Assembly: GCA_047602265.1 (NCBI GenBank)
Contig: JASGHU010000001.1
Coordinates: 2,691,546 to 2,755,545 of the forward strand
Source: Spongiibacteraceae bacterium
GTDB taxonomy: Bacteria > Pseudomonadota > Gammaproteobacteria > Pseudomonadales > CAMLJR01
DNA length: 64,000 nt
Reading direction: 5' to 3'
Below, one piece after another: positions 28,099 through 38,709 of this stretch (its first letter is position 1; each line of letters opens with the position of its first letter). Both the position numbers and the translations under genes were made by a program. A model generated the notes under the pieces. The model worked only from the letters and a program-made list of their open reading frames with translations, was not told the origin of the DNA and ran no database searches.

Positions 28099-30049
28099 CA
28101 GTCAGGCGGCTGCGCCTGAAGATAGTATCGGTGCGTTGACGACACTCGTGCCAAATGGCTTGCCCGATGAAAATATTCTCAATCGCTTAGCGAATGAGTT
28201 TTTTTCTGCAATACCGGGCCTGGCCTCGTCGAGTAATCCAAGCGCTGCTGCCACTGCACCTGTGCCATCCGCTGCGCAGGCAGGCACAGTTGCGCCAACG
28301 ACATTTGAGCCGCAAGCGACTCCAAGTCCGCGCGGTTCAAGCGTGACATCGACAGGTAACGGTGCACCCGATATCGCTTTGCAATCGGCTGCAGGTACAG
28401 GAAAGCCGGGTAATGCAATGCTCGGTATTCCAGAGGTATTCGCTGCAGCATTGCCGGTTATCGACGCGCCTGCATCGACAGAAAAATTCAGCGCAGGCCT
28501 GCCAGTTTCTCCACCCTCTTCGCCATTTTATTTTTTGGGTGAATCGAGTGCCTATTCGCAAAGCGCCCCAATACCGTTACCTGAAGCATCATCGATTACC
28601 AACCACGATCGCGTGATTGCACAGACATTCGGCTTACCGGGAACCGAAGAGCTCAATGCATTGCTCTCCACGATCGAATACAAACCGACGGCTGAGCACA
28701 CGGCAAAAAACTCACATACGACAAATTCACAAACTGAAAACAATGGCGGTTGGTTTTATTTTGTCGACGGCCTACACGCACGCAACGAAACATCGAACTC
28801 ATTGCCGCTCAGTGCGCACCCTGCATTTGATGTCAACGCAGTACGTCGCGATTTTCCGATTTTGCAGGAGCGCGTTAATGGCCGTCCGCTGATTTGGTTC
28901 GATAATGCGGCGACTACCCACAAGCCCCAAGCTGTCATCGATCGCCTCGCCTATTTTTACGCACATGAAAATTCGAATATCCATCGCGCTGCGCATGAGC
29001 TTGCCGCGCGCGCCACTGATGCCTACGAAGCGGCGCGTAATAAAGTGGCGAGATTTATCGGCGCCAGCTCGGTCGAAGAAATTATTTTCGTGCGCGGCGC
29101 TACCGAGGCGATCAATCTCGTCGCAAAAACCTGGGGCGAACAACACATCCAGGCCGGCGATGAAATTATCGTATCCAACCTCGAACATCACGCGAACATC
29201 GTACCGTGGCAACAACTCGTAGCGAAAACGGGTGCGAAGATTCGTGTGATTCCCGTCGATAACGACGGTCAAATTATTCTCGAGGAATACCAACGTCTGC
29301 TAAATCCGAGAACGAAGCTGGTTGCAATCACGCAGGTATCGAATGCGCTCGGTACGGTTACACCAGTGAAAGAAATTATCGATGCAGCGCATCGCAACGG
29401 TTCGTGCGTTTTAGTCGACGGCGCCCAATCGGTATCGCACATGCGTGTGAACGTGCAGGCACTCGACGCTGACTTCTTCGTATTTTCAGGCCACAAGATT
29501 TTCGCCCCGACCGGAATCGGCGTTGTTTATGGCAAGAAATCAATTCTCGATACGATGCAGCCATGGCAAGGCGGTGGCAATATGATCGAGGATGTCACGT
29601 TCGAGCATACGCGTTATCAACCTGCGCCAGCACGTTTTGAAGCTGGAACCGGCAATATCGCCGATGCAGTGGGACTCGGTGCGGCGCTCGATTATGTCGA
29701 GCGTATCGGCATCGAAAATATTGCGCGTTACGAACACGACTTACTTGCCTACGCAACACATGGGTTGAAAACCGTACCCGGTTTACGTTTGATCGGCACA
29801 GCGAAAGATAAAGCCAGTGTCGCTTCATTCGTACTCGATGGGCACACAACAGAAGAAGTGGGCAAGGCACTCAATCGCGAAGGTATCGCCGTACGTTCAG
29901 GGCACCATTGCGCGCAGCCGATTTTGCGACGTTTTGGTGTTGAAGCGACCGTCCGCCCTTCATTCGCTTTTTACAATACCTGTCAGGAAATCGATGTGAT
30001 GATCGCTACGCTGCATCGATTGCAAGCGTCCTATAAAGCAGGAAAATAG
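28073..30049 (+). CDS. Encapsulin cargo cysteine desulfurase (SufS/CsdA-like class V aminotransferase) with a ~250-aa disordered N-terminal targeting domain
   Basis: P/A/S-rich N-terminus containing LNRLANEFFS (nt 28178-28207). A SufS-like core follows from ~28830 (FPILQERVNGRPLIWFDNAATT... SGHKIFAPTGIGVVYG... RSGHHCAQP). The start may be 28052 or 28073. Confidence 0.85.
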   Translation: MNTPIPTANSQAAAPEDSIGALTTLVPNGLPDENILNRLANEFFSAIPGLASSSNPSAAATAPVPSAAQAGTVAPTTFEPQATPSPRGSSVTSTGNGAPDIALQSAAGTGKPGNAMLGIPEVFAAALPVIDAPASTEKFSAGLPVSPPSSPFYFLGESSAYSQSAPIPLPEASSITNHDRVIAQTFGLPGTEELNALLSTIEYKPTAEHTAKNSHTTNSQTENNGGWFYFVDGLHARNETSNSLPLSAHPAFDVNAVRRDFPILQERVNGRPLIWFDNAATTHKPQAVIDRLAYFYAHENSNIHRAAHELAARATDAYEAARNKVARFIGASSVEEIIFVRGATEAINLVAKTWGEQHIQAGDEIIVSNLEHHANIVPWQQLVAKTGAKIRVIPVDNDGQIILEEYQRLLNPRTKLVAITQVSNALGTVTPVKEIIDAAHRNGSCVLVDGAQSVSHMRVNVQALDADFFVFSGHKIFAPTGIGVVYGKKSILDTMQPWQGGGNMIEDVTFEHTRYQPAPARFEAGTGNIADAVGLGAALDYVERIGIENIARYEHDLLAYATHGLKTVPGLRLIGTAKDKASVASFVLDGHTTEEVGKALNREGIAVRSGHHCAQPILRRFGVEATVRPSFAFYNTCQEIDVMIATLHRLQASYKAGK

Positions 30050-30060
30050 CTATTAAAAAA

Positions 30061-30077
30061 GGCCGCATGTTGCGGCC
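30061..30077 (-). terminator. Hairpin GGCCGCA-TGT-TGCGGCC flanked by an A6 run (T-run on the minus strand). Terminator for cysA, possibly bidirectional.
   Basis: Read directly, between convergent genes. Confidence 0.6.
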
Positions 30078-30096
30078 TTGATTCTGCTATTACTTA

Positions 30097-31164
30097 TCAG
30101 TCATTCGTCACTTGATAAATGCGCGGATTGACAAGACGTATATAAACCTCATCGCCCGTCTGTACCTGCAATGCCTGAAATTCACGGCGAGAAATTTCCA
30201 CCTCGATCGATTCTTCGCGATCGTGATCGAGCACATCGAGCTCCAATTTAAATACCGAACCCGCGTTATGCACATGACGAATGCGCGCTGCCGGCAAATG
30301 CGGTTCGGCTTCGCGCGTTAAAAGCACATCGTGCGGGCGCACATACGCCGCGACTTGTTCGCGCGGCTCGGTACCGACAGGTGCTTCAACGCGCCAGCCA
30401 TCGATATCGAGATAACCGTGATCGAGGCGGCCGTGAAAAATATTCACATCACCGAGGAAGCGTGACACGAACGGACTGCGCGGATGCTCGTACACTTCTT
30501 CGGGTGTGCCGACCTGCTCGACCACGCCTTTATTCATCACCACGATGCGGCTCGATACTTCCATCGCCTCTTCCTGATCGTGCGTCACGAAAATACTGGT
30601 GACGTGCAATTCATCGTGCAGGCGACGCAACCAACGCCGTAATTCTTTGCGCACATTCGCATCGAGCGCGCCGAAAGGTTCGTCGAGCAGCAATACTTTC
30701 GGTTCAACCGCGAGTGCACGAGCGAGCGCAATCCGTTGGCGCTGACCGCCAGATAATTGATCGGGAAAACGATCGGCGAGCCAATCGAGTTGTACCAGCT
30801 TCAACAAATCGAAAACCTTCTTCTTGATTTGCGCTTCGCTCGGACGCTCCGGGCGTTTCTTCACACGCAGACCAAATGCAATGTTGTCGAACACGGTCAT
30901 GTGGCGAAACAGCGCGTAATGCTGAAACACGAAACCGATTTCGCGCTCGCGCACATGCGCGCTGGTTTGATCGACACCATTGAGTAGCACGCGACCTGAA
31001 TCGGGCTGTTCAAGCCCCGCGATCACGCGCAGCAACGAAGTCTTTCCGCAACCGGACGGGCCGAGCAGTGCGATAAGTTCGCCTTCGGGAATTTCCAGCG
31101 TGACATTATTCAGCGCGACAAAGTCGCCGAATTTTTTGTTGATGTTTTCTACTTTGATACTCAT
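30097..31164 (-). CDS. cysA: Sulfate/thiosulfate ABC transporter ATP-binding protein
   Basis: Walker [10 protein letters not shown], signature LSGGQRQR, Walker B LLLDEP, and a C-terminal TOBE-like domain. Confidence 0.9.
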   Translation of the reverse strand: MSIKVENINKKFGDFVALNNVTLEIPEGELIALLGPSGCGKTSLLRVIAGLEQPDSGRVLLNGVDQTSAHVREREIGFVFQHYALFRHMTVFDNIAFGLRVKKRPERPSEAQIKKKVFDLLKLVQLDWLADRFPDQLSGGQRQRIALARALAVEPKVLLLDEPFGALDANVRKELRRWLRRLHDELHVTSIFVTHDQEEAMEVSSRIVVMNKGVVEQVGTPEEVYEHPRSPFVSRFLGDVNIFHGRLDHGYLDIDGWRVEAPVGTEPREQVAAYVRPHDVLLTREAEPHLPAARIRHVHNAGSVFKLELDVLDHDREESIEVEISRREFQALQVQTGDEVYIRLVNPRIYQVTND

Positions 31165-31215
31165 ATCGGAAAATCCACTGAAATCGAATTCGATTTACTC
31201 GTTTGCACGTTCAGC

Positions 31216-32091
31216 TTACTGGTTCGCACTCACCGCTTTTGCTGCCTTTCGATCCTGCTCTTGCTTCCATTCGAAAATGCTTTTGAAGATCAATGTCGCC
31301 ACCGCCAACAACGCCAGCAGCGAAGCGACCGCGAACGAGGCCGCGAAGTTGTATTCGTTGTAGAGAATTTCCACGTGCAACGGCAGCGTATTGGTGAGCC
31401 CGCGAATATGACCGGATACCACCGACACCGCGCCGAACTCACCCATCGCACGCGCATTACAAAGAATCACGCCGTACAACAATGCCCACTTGATATTCGG
31501 CAGCGTCACTTTGAAAAACATTTGCCAACCGCTGGCGCCGAGCGAAAGCGCGGCCTCTTCTTCATCGCGCCCCTGCTCCTGCATCAGTGGAATCAATTCG
31601 CGCGCAACGAAAGGAAATGTCACAAAAATTGTCGCCAGCACCAATCCGGGGACGGCGAATAAAATTTTAATATCGTGCTCGCTGAGCCACGGCCCCAGCC
31701 AACCCTGACTGCCAAACACCAACACGTAAATCAAACCGGCGATAACAGGCGAAACCGAAAACGGCAGATCGATCAATGTCAGCAAGACATTCTTGCCGAT
31801 GAAATCGAAGCGCGCGATGACCCACGCAGCTGCAACACCGAATACCGTATTGAGTGGAACTGCAATCGCGGCAACGATCAGCGTCAATTTAATCGCCGCT
31901 AAGGTGTTGGGCTCGGTCAGCGCAGCGAAATAGACATCGACACCTTTGCGCAAGCCTTCGACGATCACCGTCAGCAGCGGCAATATCAAAAATAGTGCGA
32001 TCACGACCAGGGCCGAGCCGGTCAGTAACCAGCGTACCCAATCGATGCTCTGCCGCGGTTTTACGTAAGTCGCTTCGACAATATGACTCAT
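31216..32091 (-). CDS. cysW: Sulfate ABC transporter permease CysW
   Basis: Six-TM BPD permease with EAA-type loop [21 protein letters not shown]. The ATG lies 2 nt after the cysT stop. Confidence 0.85.
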   Translation of the reverse strand: MSHIVEATYVKPRQSIDWVRWLLTGSALVVIALFLILPLLTVIVEGLRKGVDVYFAALTEPNTLAAIKLTLIVAAIAVPLNTVFGVAAAWVIARFDFIGKNVLLTLIDLPFSVSPVIAGLIYVLVFGSQGWLGPWLSEHDIKILFAVPGLVLATIFVTFPFVARELIPLMQEQGRDEEEAALSLGASGWQMFFKVTLPNIKWALLYGVILCNARAMGEFGAVSVVSGHIRGLTNTLPLHVEILYNEYNFAASFAVASLLALLAVATLIFKSIFEWKQEQDRKAAKAVSANQ

Positions 32092-32093
32092 GT

Positions 32094-32924
32094 TCACAGC
32101 GCTCCCGCGCGACGACGCGTCCACGCTTGCAACACATTGATCGCGAGCAGCAGGATGAAAGAAATGATCAACATGCCCATGCCGATCACCGTGGCACCGA
32201 CATAATCGTATTGTTCGAGTTTGGTCATGATGAGCAGCGGCACCACTTCCGAAACGAGCGGACGGTTACCTGCAATAAAAATCACCGAGCCGTATTCACC
32301 GATGCCGCGCGCAAATGCGAGTGCAAATCCCGTGAGCAGTGCGGGTAAAATATTCGGAAAAATAATTTTCTGAAAAACCTGCCAGCGCGATGCACCGAGA
32401 CTCGACGCCGCTTCTTCTTCGGCAGCGTCAAGATCTTCGAGCACGGGCTGCACCGTGCGCACCACGAATGGCAGACCGATAAATATCAGCGCGACCGTGA
32501 TACCCGTTGGCGTAAACGCCACCTGATAGCCGAGCGGTTCGAGATATTGACCGATCCAACCGTTCTTCGCGTAGATCGCCGTCAACACGATACCCGCGAC
32601 AGCGGTCGGCAACGCAAACGGCAAATCGATCAACGCATCGAACAGGCGTTTGAATGGCAATGGATAACGCACGAGCACCCACGCCAGCAGCAACCCCAAT
32701 GCAACATTGATCGAGGCCGCCAACAGCGATGTGGTTAAACTGACGCGAAACGAAGCGAGCACACGCGGGCTGGTCAGCAACGCCCACCACTGCGCCGGAC
32801 CATAACCCAGCGATTTCAACAGCAATGCTCCCAGCGGAATTAACACCAACAAGCTGAGATACAGCACCGTGAAGCCGAGTGCAGGCCGAAAGCCCGGCAG
32901 TAGTGAATGTTTGACCAGTGGCAT
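32094..32924 (-). CDS. cysT: Sulfate ABC transporter permease CysT (CysU)
   Basis: Permease with [21 protein letters not shown]. Paired with cysW and cysA. Confidence 0.85.
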   Translation of the reverse strand: MPLVKHSLLPGFRPALGFTVLYLSLLVLIPLGALLLKSLGYGPAQWWALLTSPRVLASFRVSLTTSLLAASINVALGLLLAWVLVRYPLPFKRLFDALIDLPFALPTAVAGIVLTAIYAKNGWIGQYLEPLGYQVAFTPTGITVALIFIGLPFVVRTVQPVLEDLDAAEEEAASSLGASRWQVFQKIIFPNILPALLTGFALAFARGIGEYGSVIFIAGNRPLVSEVVPLLIMTKLEQYDYVGATVIGMGMLIISFILLLAINVLQAWTRRRAGAL

Positions 32925-33184
32925 TTATTAACTCGCTTCTGCTTTAGTTTTTTACTTCAAATCAACCGTGTTACTTCAGATAAATCTGACGGAGATGGCC
33001 GGCGCAATCGGTACCGCTGGAAGCTGCCGCAACCTGAATCGAACCGACATCGAAGGTAAGTGCGTCAAATAATTTCAGCGAACTTAATATGCGGAAAATG
33101 ATCTCGGGCAACCCGGTCGATCTAATAGCTTTGTTTGTGAGATATCGCATCGGCAGTCCGGTAGCGTGAATAGACGAAAGCGGA

Positions 33185-33364
33185 TTAGGTCAGTCTGATT
33201 TTGCGTTTGCTTTCGATTTGAGTGACACGGCCGTCGTGAACGGTTATCTCAACCGAGCCAAAACGAAGGTTGGCGAGCGCACGCGAAATTTCCTCTAGCA
33301 CTCGGCGATCGACCGTCGTGCCATCGGTATTGGAGAGAGGGTTCTCGTTGTCGTTTTCCGACAT
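33185..33364 (-). CDS. yezD: YezD-family (DUF2292) small protein, 59 aa. Absent from the supplied ORF track because it is under 60 aa.
   Basis: Manual translation: MSENDNENPLSNTDGTTVDRRVLEEISRALANLRFGSVEITVHDGRVTQIESKRKIRLT. The ...L.FGSV.I.VHDGRV.QIE... core is the family signature, and the family is typically linked to sulfate transport genes. Confidence 0.6.
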   Translation of the reverse strand: MSENDNENPLSNTDGTTVDRRVLEEISRALANLRFGSVEITVHDGRVTQIESKRKIRLT

Positions 33365-33660
33365 TGCCGCATAACTCGCTGATTTCTCGAACGCGGCAAC
33401 GATAAGGAAGTTTTAATAACTAAAAAAATACCATTTTCGACTTAGCTTATAACGCCACTGAAGCACCCCTAGCCCTGTAAGGGCTACAAAGACATAAAGC
33501 AACTGAGGCCAATAAAGCCGAATACCTGCGACGTTGACCGAGGAGCTGCAGAGAGTTCGCGATTGGCTCTTCATTTTCGCCTCTCGCTATCCTTCCCTTT
33601 TGACCTTTTTCCAAGGAGTGAATTTCCGTAACAGCTCTCTCCAATTGTTACTGGTCAACG

Positions 33661-33806
33661 ATGTGCATACTTTGCTTGGAAGGCTGTAGAGCGGACATAA
33701 AAAACCTTTTTATCTAAAAAATGTGCGTACTTTACTTGGAACCGGAAAATCTAAATCTATAAAAATCAATGATTTAGAAAATGGAAAATGTGCACACTTT
33801 GCTTGG
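33661..33806 (+). repeat. Three direct copies of a 19-bp motif ATGTGC(A/G)(T/C)ACTTT(G/A)CTTGG at 33661, 33721 and 33788
   Basis: Read directly. Spacings are 60 and 67 bp. The repeats lie immediately upstream of, or overlapping, the recombinase start. Confidence 0.75.
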
Positions 33807-34782
33807 TCGTCCAGCCTGGCCTTTTATGTCCTCGAATTTGACGATTTCCAACTCGACCGCCTTGATTGAATCGCCGATCGATAATCCCGCGCTAACTGAT
33901 AATCCAGCGGCTATGTACCTGGCGACTTTGGGCTCACAACAAAGTCGACGCGTCATGCAATCGCGGCTCAATCGCTTTGCGGGATTGTTGAAGCTCGATG
34001 ATTGGCGCCAAATTCCCTGGCGCGAATTCGATCGTCCATGGCTGTTGTTGGCTAAAGAAGCTTTGGTTGTCGATCAGCGTTCGCCGGATACGGTGAATGC
34101 CATGCTGTCGATGCTCAAAGGCGTCGCCTTGCAAGCCTGGGAATTAAAACTCATCAACGATCACACCTATCTACGCATTAAAAACACCAAAGCCATCCGC
34201 GGTCAGCGTGTACCCAAGCGGCGCTGGCTGGATAAAGGCGACATCGTCAAATTACTCGATCAATGTTTAAAAGATGATCGTTTACAAGGCTTACGCGATG
34301 CCGCGTTGCTCGCATTGCTTTATGGCTGCGGCTTGCGTCGCTCGGAGGTTGTCGGTATTGATCTGACGCATATCGATGAAAAAGAACGTGCGATTCGAAT
34401 TCTCGGTAAAGGTAATAAAGAAAGAATTGTGTATCCACCTGGACGCGCGTGGGAAATGATGAAGGAGTGGATAAAAGAAGGGCGCGGCGATGATGAAGGC
34501 CCCCTGCTCTGTCGTATTCGTAAAGGCGGCGTGGTGACACTGGAGCGACTCACCGATCAGGCCGTGTATTACGTTATTCAACGTTTAATTTTGCAGACGG
34601 GTGTCGATAGTTTTTCGCCGCACGATTTGCGTGGCTCGTTTATTTCTTATCTGCTCGACAATGGCGAAGATATTAAAACCGTTGCGGATATTGTTGGCCA
34701 CGCCGATGTGCGCACAACGGCTGGTTATGATCGGCGTGGTGAAGCGCGAAAAAAGGCAGCTAACCGGTCGATTGATTTATAA
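33781..34782 (+). CDS. Tyrosine recombinase/integrase, XerC/D-like (start 33781 or 33826)
   Basis: LRDAALLALLYGCGLRRSEV..., ILGKGNKERIVY, HDLRGSFISYLL and GHADVRTTAGYD give the R-K-HxxR-H-Y catalytic pattern. Confidence 0.85.
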   Translation: MENVHTLLGRPAWPFMSSNLTISNSTALIESPIDNPALTDNPAAMYLATLGSQQSRRVMQSRLNRFAGLLKLDDWRQIPWREFDRPWLLLAKEALVVDQRSPDTVNAMLSMLKGVALQAWELKLINDHTYLRIKNTKAIRGQRVPKRRWLDKGDIVKLLDQCLKDDRLQGLRDAALLALLYGCGLRRSEVVGIDLTHIDEKERAIRILGKGNKERIVYPPGRAWEMMKEWIKEGRGDDEGPLLCRIRKGGVVTLERLTDQAVYYVIQRLILQTGVDSFSPHDLRGSFISYLLDNGEDIKTVADIVGHADVRTTAGYDRRGEARKKAANRSIDL

Positions 34783-34814
34783 TCACAACCCTTCGGTTCA
34801 AATATGATCAAAAT

Positions 34815-35585
34815 TCAAGTTTTGGATTCATCGCTTTCTCTAAGCAAATATGTATCCATGATCCAGCCATTTTTTTCACGCGCATTTCTTCGCGCGTGCT
34901 CGATATTTTCGGCAACGTCCTTCAGTTTGCCAGACACTAAAATTTCGTCGGGCGTGCCGATATAAGCTCCCCAGTAAATATCCATGTCCTGATTGTCGAT
35001 GGCCTTGAATGCCATTTCTGCGTCAAGCATGACAACTGTCGTATCCGCATTGGCGGATAATCCGTTAGCAAGTTTTCTACCCGTAGTAATTTCCACCGAA
35101 CGACCAATGCGATTGAGCGGAATTTTATGGCGAGCGGTCAACGCCTGTACGCTAGTGATACCGGGGATGACTTCAAACTCGAATACGGCGCGACCGCTAT
35201 CGAGAATATCGCCAAGAATACGAATCGTGCTGTCGTACAACGAAGGGTCACCCCACACGAGAAACGCGCCGCACTCGCCATCTTCCAATTCATCGGTGAT
35301 TAACCGCTCGTAAACATCCTGCTTTTCGCGATTAAGATCATTAACACTGGCTTGATAATCCGCGACTCCACGTACACGCTCAGGAGTGACTGCTTCGGCG
35401 AAGCGATAATTTTTTGTATCGATGTATCTCTCGCAAATTTCGCGGCGAAGCTCGATAAGCTTGTGCTTGGATTCGCCTTTATCGAGAATAAAAAACACAT
35501 CGACTTTATTAAGTGCTTTCACCGCTTGAATCGTTACGTATTCGGGATCGCCCGCACCGATGCCAATCACCAGGATATTTTTCAT
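34815..35585 (-). CDS. cobF: Precorrin-6A synthase (deacetylating)
   Basis: [37 protein letters not shown]... is a TP-methylase fold of CobF length and pattern. ATGA overlap with the upstream gene. Confidence 0.8.
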   Translation of the reverse strand: MKNILVIGIGAGDPEYVTIQAVKALNKVDVFFILDKGESKHKLIELRREICERYIDTKNYRFAEAVTPERVRGVADYQASVNDLNREKQDVYERLITDELEDGECGAFLVWGDPSLYDSTIRILGDILDSGRAVFEFEVIPGITSVQALTARHKIPLNRIGRSVEITTGRKLANGLSANADTTVVMLDAEMAFKAIDNQDMDIYWGAYIGTPDEILVSGKLKDVAENIEHARRNAREKNGWIMDTYLLRESDESKT

Positions 35586-37363
35586 GATTTCTTCCCATAC
35601 CAACGCGGCGTATACACCCATTGCGCATTTTTCTTATCACCACGCATAAAACGTGTAGTGGTCGATGAACCGATAATCACCAAGGTACGCATATCGACTT
35701 GTTCGGAACGCAAATCAGCCAATGTCATCGTCGTCAATGCTTCGGCGGGACGGCCAATATCACGACCGAGCACGACGACGGTATCGGCACGGCGATGTCG
35801 GGCAACAATTTCGAGTGTGCGTGTCAATTGCCAAGGACGCGCTTTCGAAATTGGATTGTAAAACGCCAGCACAAAATCAGCCGCAGCAGCATGATCCAGT
35901 CGTTTCTCAATGATTTCCCACGGCTTGAGATTATCCGACAGCGACATCACGCAAAAATCATGACCTAGTGGTGCACCAGCGCGCGCAGCCGTCGCCAAGG
36001 CGGCGGAAACGCCAGGAAATATTTGCAGATCGACAGCATGCCAATCGCTATTATCGGATTCATGCAACGCTTCGAGCACAGCCGCCGCCATCGCAAAAAC
36101 ACCTGGATCACCCGAAGAAACCACAACAACACGCCGACCCTGTGCCGCCAATTCAAATGCGTGACGGGCGCGCTGCATTTCTTCACGGTTATCGGTGCAA
36201 TGCACGAGTTGATCGTCGCGAAACGGGCCTACCATCTTCACGTAGGTTTCATAACCCAGAATATCTTCGGCTTGTTGCAGCGCAATTTTTGCGGCGGGCA
36301 CCATAAACTCCGCTGCACCGGGACCGAGACCAACAACCGTTAACGAACCCCGGGCTTGACCGATCGCTAATGGATCAATCGGCGTATCGGCAACATGTAG
36401 CCTCACACGACCTAACGCATTTTGCCTGGCGACAATTTGTTCGGCGACCATTTTCTTGGCAACCGTTTTCTTAGTGACAACAGAAGGCAATGATTGAAGA
36501 TCTGCAACAAACCGAAGTGGCACGTTGAATTCATCTGCCACGTATTGCAATTGCAAATTTGAAATCGCCGATATGGGAGCAGCTATGCACGCCAGTGACA
36601 ATGGCGAAATGCTCGCTGCTTCCAACTCGTTGTGCACAGCAGCGATAAGATCTTCATGGCCTGAATTTTTTTCATCGACAGCCGCGATAACCGAACGTGG
36701 ATGAATCAATAATTCATTCACAGTTTCCGCACTCGTATTCGCAGTGACACGAATAATATGTTGTGCCGTACTATCCAATACTAAATTGGCATCACCGAGC
36801 CAATCGGCATTGCCTTCAATGCGAATCGTATTCCCGCCCAATAAGTCGGAGACAAATCGCTTACCCTGTTCGATATCGGCCAGGACATATCCGGGCGGCG
36901 GATTTAGCAGACAAGTACCAAAGCGTAACTCACCGCTCGTGGTAATCGCTGCCGATACCTGCAATGCCGCCGCAATATCGCGCGCCATCACATTGACACC
37001 TGACAACCCGCCAAGCAGTGGCACCACAGCACTGCCATCTTCCGCAACAGCCAACACCGATGGTTCCGCACCTTTCAATGCCAGCACGGGTGCCAAAGTA
37101 CGAATAACGATTCCTGCGGAACACAGCGCGATGAGTGCGGTATTACTCTGATATAAATCGCGCAGCGTTGCACCAAAATCCTGGTAAAACCGATCCGCAA
37201 ATTCGACGCGCGCCTGCAAACCATAAATCAACGCCGCCGGATACAGCGTTTTCATTTTTCTTGCGGTTTGCGCGCTGCCATTACCCAACATCACGATGGC
37301 AATGTTTTTATTCGGGATCGATTTAGTCCTATTCGGGTTATTAGTAGAGCTCATCCCTGCCAT
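35582..37363 (-). CDS. cobJ: Fusion of a CbiG-like domain with precorrin-3B C17-methyltransferase (CobJ). Start at 37363 or 37354.
   Basis: The C-terminal ~250 aa are a TP-methylase ([34 protein letters not shown]). The N-terminal ~330 aa are CbiG-like. Confidence 0.8.
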   Translation of the reverse strand: MAGMSSTNNPNRTKSIPNKNIAIVMLGNGSAQTARKMKTLYPAALIYGLQARVEFADRFYQDFGATLRDLYQSNTALIALCSAGIVIRTLAPVLALKGAEPSVLAVAEDGSAVVPLLGGLSGVNVMARDIAAALQVSAAITTSGELRFGTCLLNPPPGYVLADIEQGKRFVSDLLGGNTIRIEGNADWLGDANLVLDSTAQHIIRVTANTSAETVNELLIHPRSVIAAVDEKNSGHEDLIAAVHNELEAASISPLSLACIAAPISAISNLQLQYVADEFNVPLRFVADLQSLPSVVTKKTVAKKMVAEQIVARQNALGRVRLHVADTPIDPLAIGQARGSLTVVGLGPGAAEFMVPAAKIALQQAEDILGYETYVKMVGPFRDDQLVHCTDNREEMQRARHAFELAAQGRRVVVVSSGDPGVFAMAAAVLEALHESDNSDWHAVDLQIFPGVSAALATAARAGAPLGHDFCVMSLSDNLKPWEIIEKRLDHAAAADFVLAFYNPISKARPWQLTRTLEIVARHRRADTVVVLGRDIGRPAEALTTMTLADLRSEQVDMRTLVIIGSSTTTRFMRGDKKNAQWVYTPRWYGKKS

Positions 37364-38082
37364 TTTTCACCCGGCACGATAATCAATGAAAAATACGGCG
37401 ATGCCATTGGATCAACATCATCAAACGGTACGATGCGTTGGTTAGCCATAGTCGCGCGTTCGACATACAACGCACGCTGTGTGAGATTTAATTCGCCGAG
37501 TACTTTCTTCACCTTATCGAAATTTCGACCGAGCTTCATGATCACCGCCGCATCGGCATCGGCCAAGCGGCGTTTTAATTCCGGCTCGGGCAAGACGCCG
37601 GAAAGTACCGACAAACTTTGATTGCGATACACCAGCGGAGCGCCCAATACCGCCGCACCGCCTAGCATTGAGCAAACACCCGGAATTACTTCGGTTTCGT
37701 AATGGCTGCCCATGCGATCGTGTAAATACATATACGACCCGTAAAAAAGCGGATCGCCCTCGCAGATCACCGCGACATCGCGACCACCATCCAGATGTTT
37801 GCCCAATTGCACCGCAGCCGTATCGTAAAAGTCGCTGATGATATTTTCATAAGACAGCGGCGGTTCCAGTTTTTCGGTCGTCACCGGATATACCAACGGC
37901 ACGGTGAGTTGCTGCTCATGCAGAAAATTTTCAATAATTCCGAAAGCGTTGCCCTTCTTTCCTTTAGCAACGAAATACGCGACCACCGGCGCCGCACGCA
38001 ATAAACGCAGCGCTTTAACGGTAATTAATTCGGGATCGCCGGGGCCGACACCGAGCCCAAATAAACGCCCTTTCGCTGTCAT
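37351..38082 (-). CDS. cobI: Precorrin-2 C20-methyltransferase
   Basis: [24 protein letters not shown]..., with CobI-type length and motifs. Confidence 0.85.
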   Translation of the reverse strand: MTAKGRLFGLGVGPGDPELITVKALRLLRAAPVVAYFVAKGKKGNAFGIIENFLHEQQLTVPLVYPVTTEKLEPPLSYENIISDFYDTAAVQLGKHLDGGRDVAVICEGDPLFYGSYMYLHDRMGSHYETEVIPGVCSMLGGAAVLGAPLVYRNQSLSVLSGVLPEPELKRRLADADAAVIMKLGRNFDKVKKVLGELNLTQRALYVERATMANQRIVPFDDVDPMASPYFSLIIVPGEKWQG

Positions 38083-38709
38083 TTATTCAACCTCCGTCGC
38101 CAGGGCATTCACTGCGGCGGCCGCCATTGCGCTGCCGCCGCGTCGACCGCGCACGATCACAAACGGCACACCGCAACTATCACTTGCCAATAATTCTTTG
38201 GATTCCGCAGCGCCGACAAAACCTACCGGAAAACCAAGAATCAATGCAGGCTTTGGCGCGCCGGCATCAAGCATTTCCAACAGATAGAACAATGCGGTTG
38301 GCGCATTGCCGATAACCACTACGCTACCGGCGAGATGATCGCGCCACCATTCCAGTGCGACTGCGGAACGCGTGTTGCCAAGCTCGCGCGCAAGCGCGGG
38401 CGTGCGCTCGTCGTGCAACGTGCACATCACACGATTATTCGCAGGCAGACGTGCGCGCGTGATGCCTTCAGCCACCATATGCGCATCGCAAAGAATCGGC
38501 GCTCCTGCCGCTAAAGCGGCGCGCCCGGCTGCACCCGCACCGACAGAAAAATGCAAATCATCAACAATATCGACCATGCCGCAGGCGTGTATCACCCGCA
38601 CCGCGAGCTTTTCCAAATCGGCAGGTATGCGTGCGAGATTCGCTTCGCTACGAATAATTGAAAACGACTGACGATAAATTTCCTGACCGTCGCGAATGTA
38701 ATTAAGCAT
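38083..38709 (-). CDS. cobH: Precorrin-8X methylmutase
   Basis: YIRDGQEIYRQSFSIIRSEANL...VIHACGM is a typical CobH/CbiC N-terminus. 208 aa. Confidence 0.85.
   Translation of the reverse strand: MLNYIRDGQEIYRQSFSIIRSEANLARIPADLEKLAVRVIHACGMVDIVDDLHFSVGAGAAGRAALAAGAPILCDAHMVAEGITRARLPANNRVMCTLHDERTPALARELGNTRSAVALEWWRDHLAGSVVVIGNAPTALFYLLEMLDAGAPKPALILGFPVGFVGAAESKELLASDSCGVPFVIVRGRRGGSAMAAAAVNALATEVE

Noticed and set aside
33025-33065. A GGTTCGATTC T-loop-like sequence on the minus strand, suggesting a tRNA gene or a tRNA 3' fragment (att remnant) near the recombinase.
   Set aside because: The flanking bases do not form a proper 5-bp T-stem (one mismatch and two G-U pairs). No complementary acceptor 5' strand and no anticodon or D arm can be found. 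A 10-nt match alone is insufficient.
32925-33184. A possible relic of an sbp/cysP sulfate-binding protein gene in the gap upstream of cysT (minus-strand reading ...FDALTFDVGSIQVAAASSGTDCAGHLRQIYLK*).
   Set aside because: It is a short open frame only, and I could not match the peptide to the Sbp/CysP C-terminus with any confidence. There is no upstream continuation.
33661-33806. The three 19-bp repeats read as a mini CRISPR array.
   Set aside because: There are only three copies, which differ from each other at 2-3 positions. Spacer lengths are unequal (41 and 48 nt), there are no cas genes, and the position at an integrase gene fits recombinase binding sites better.
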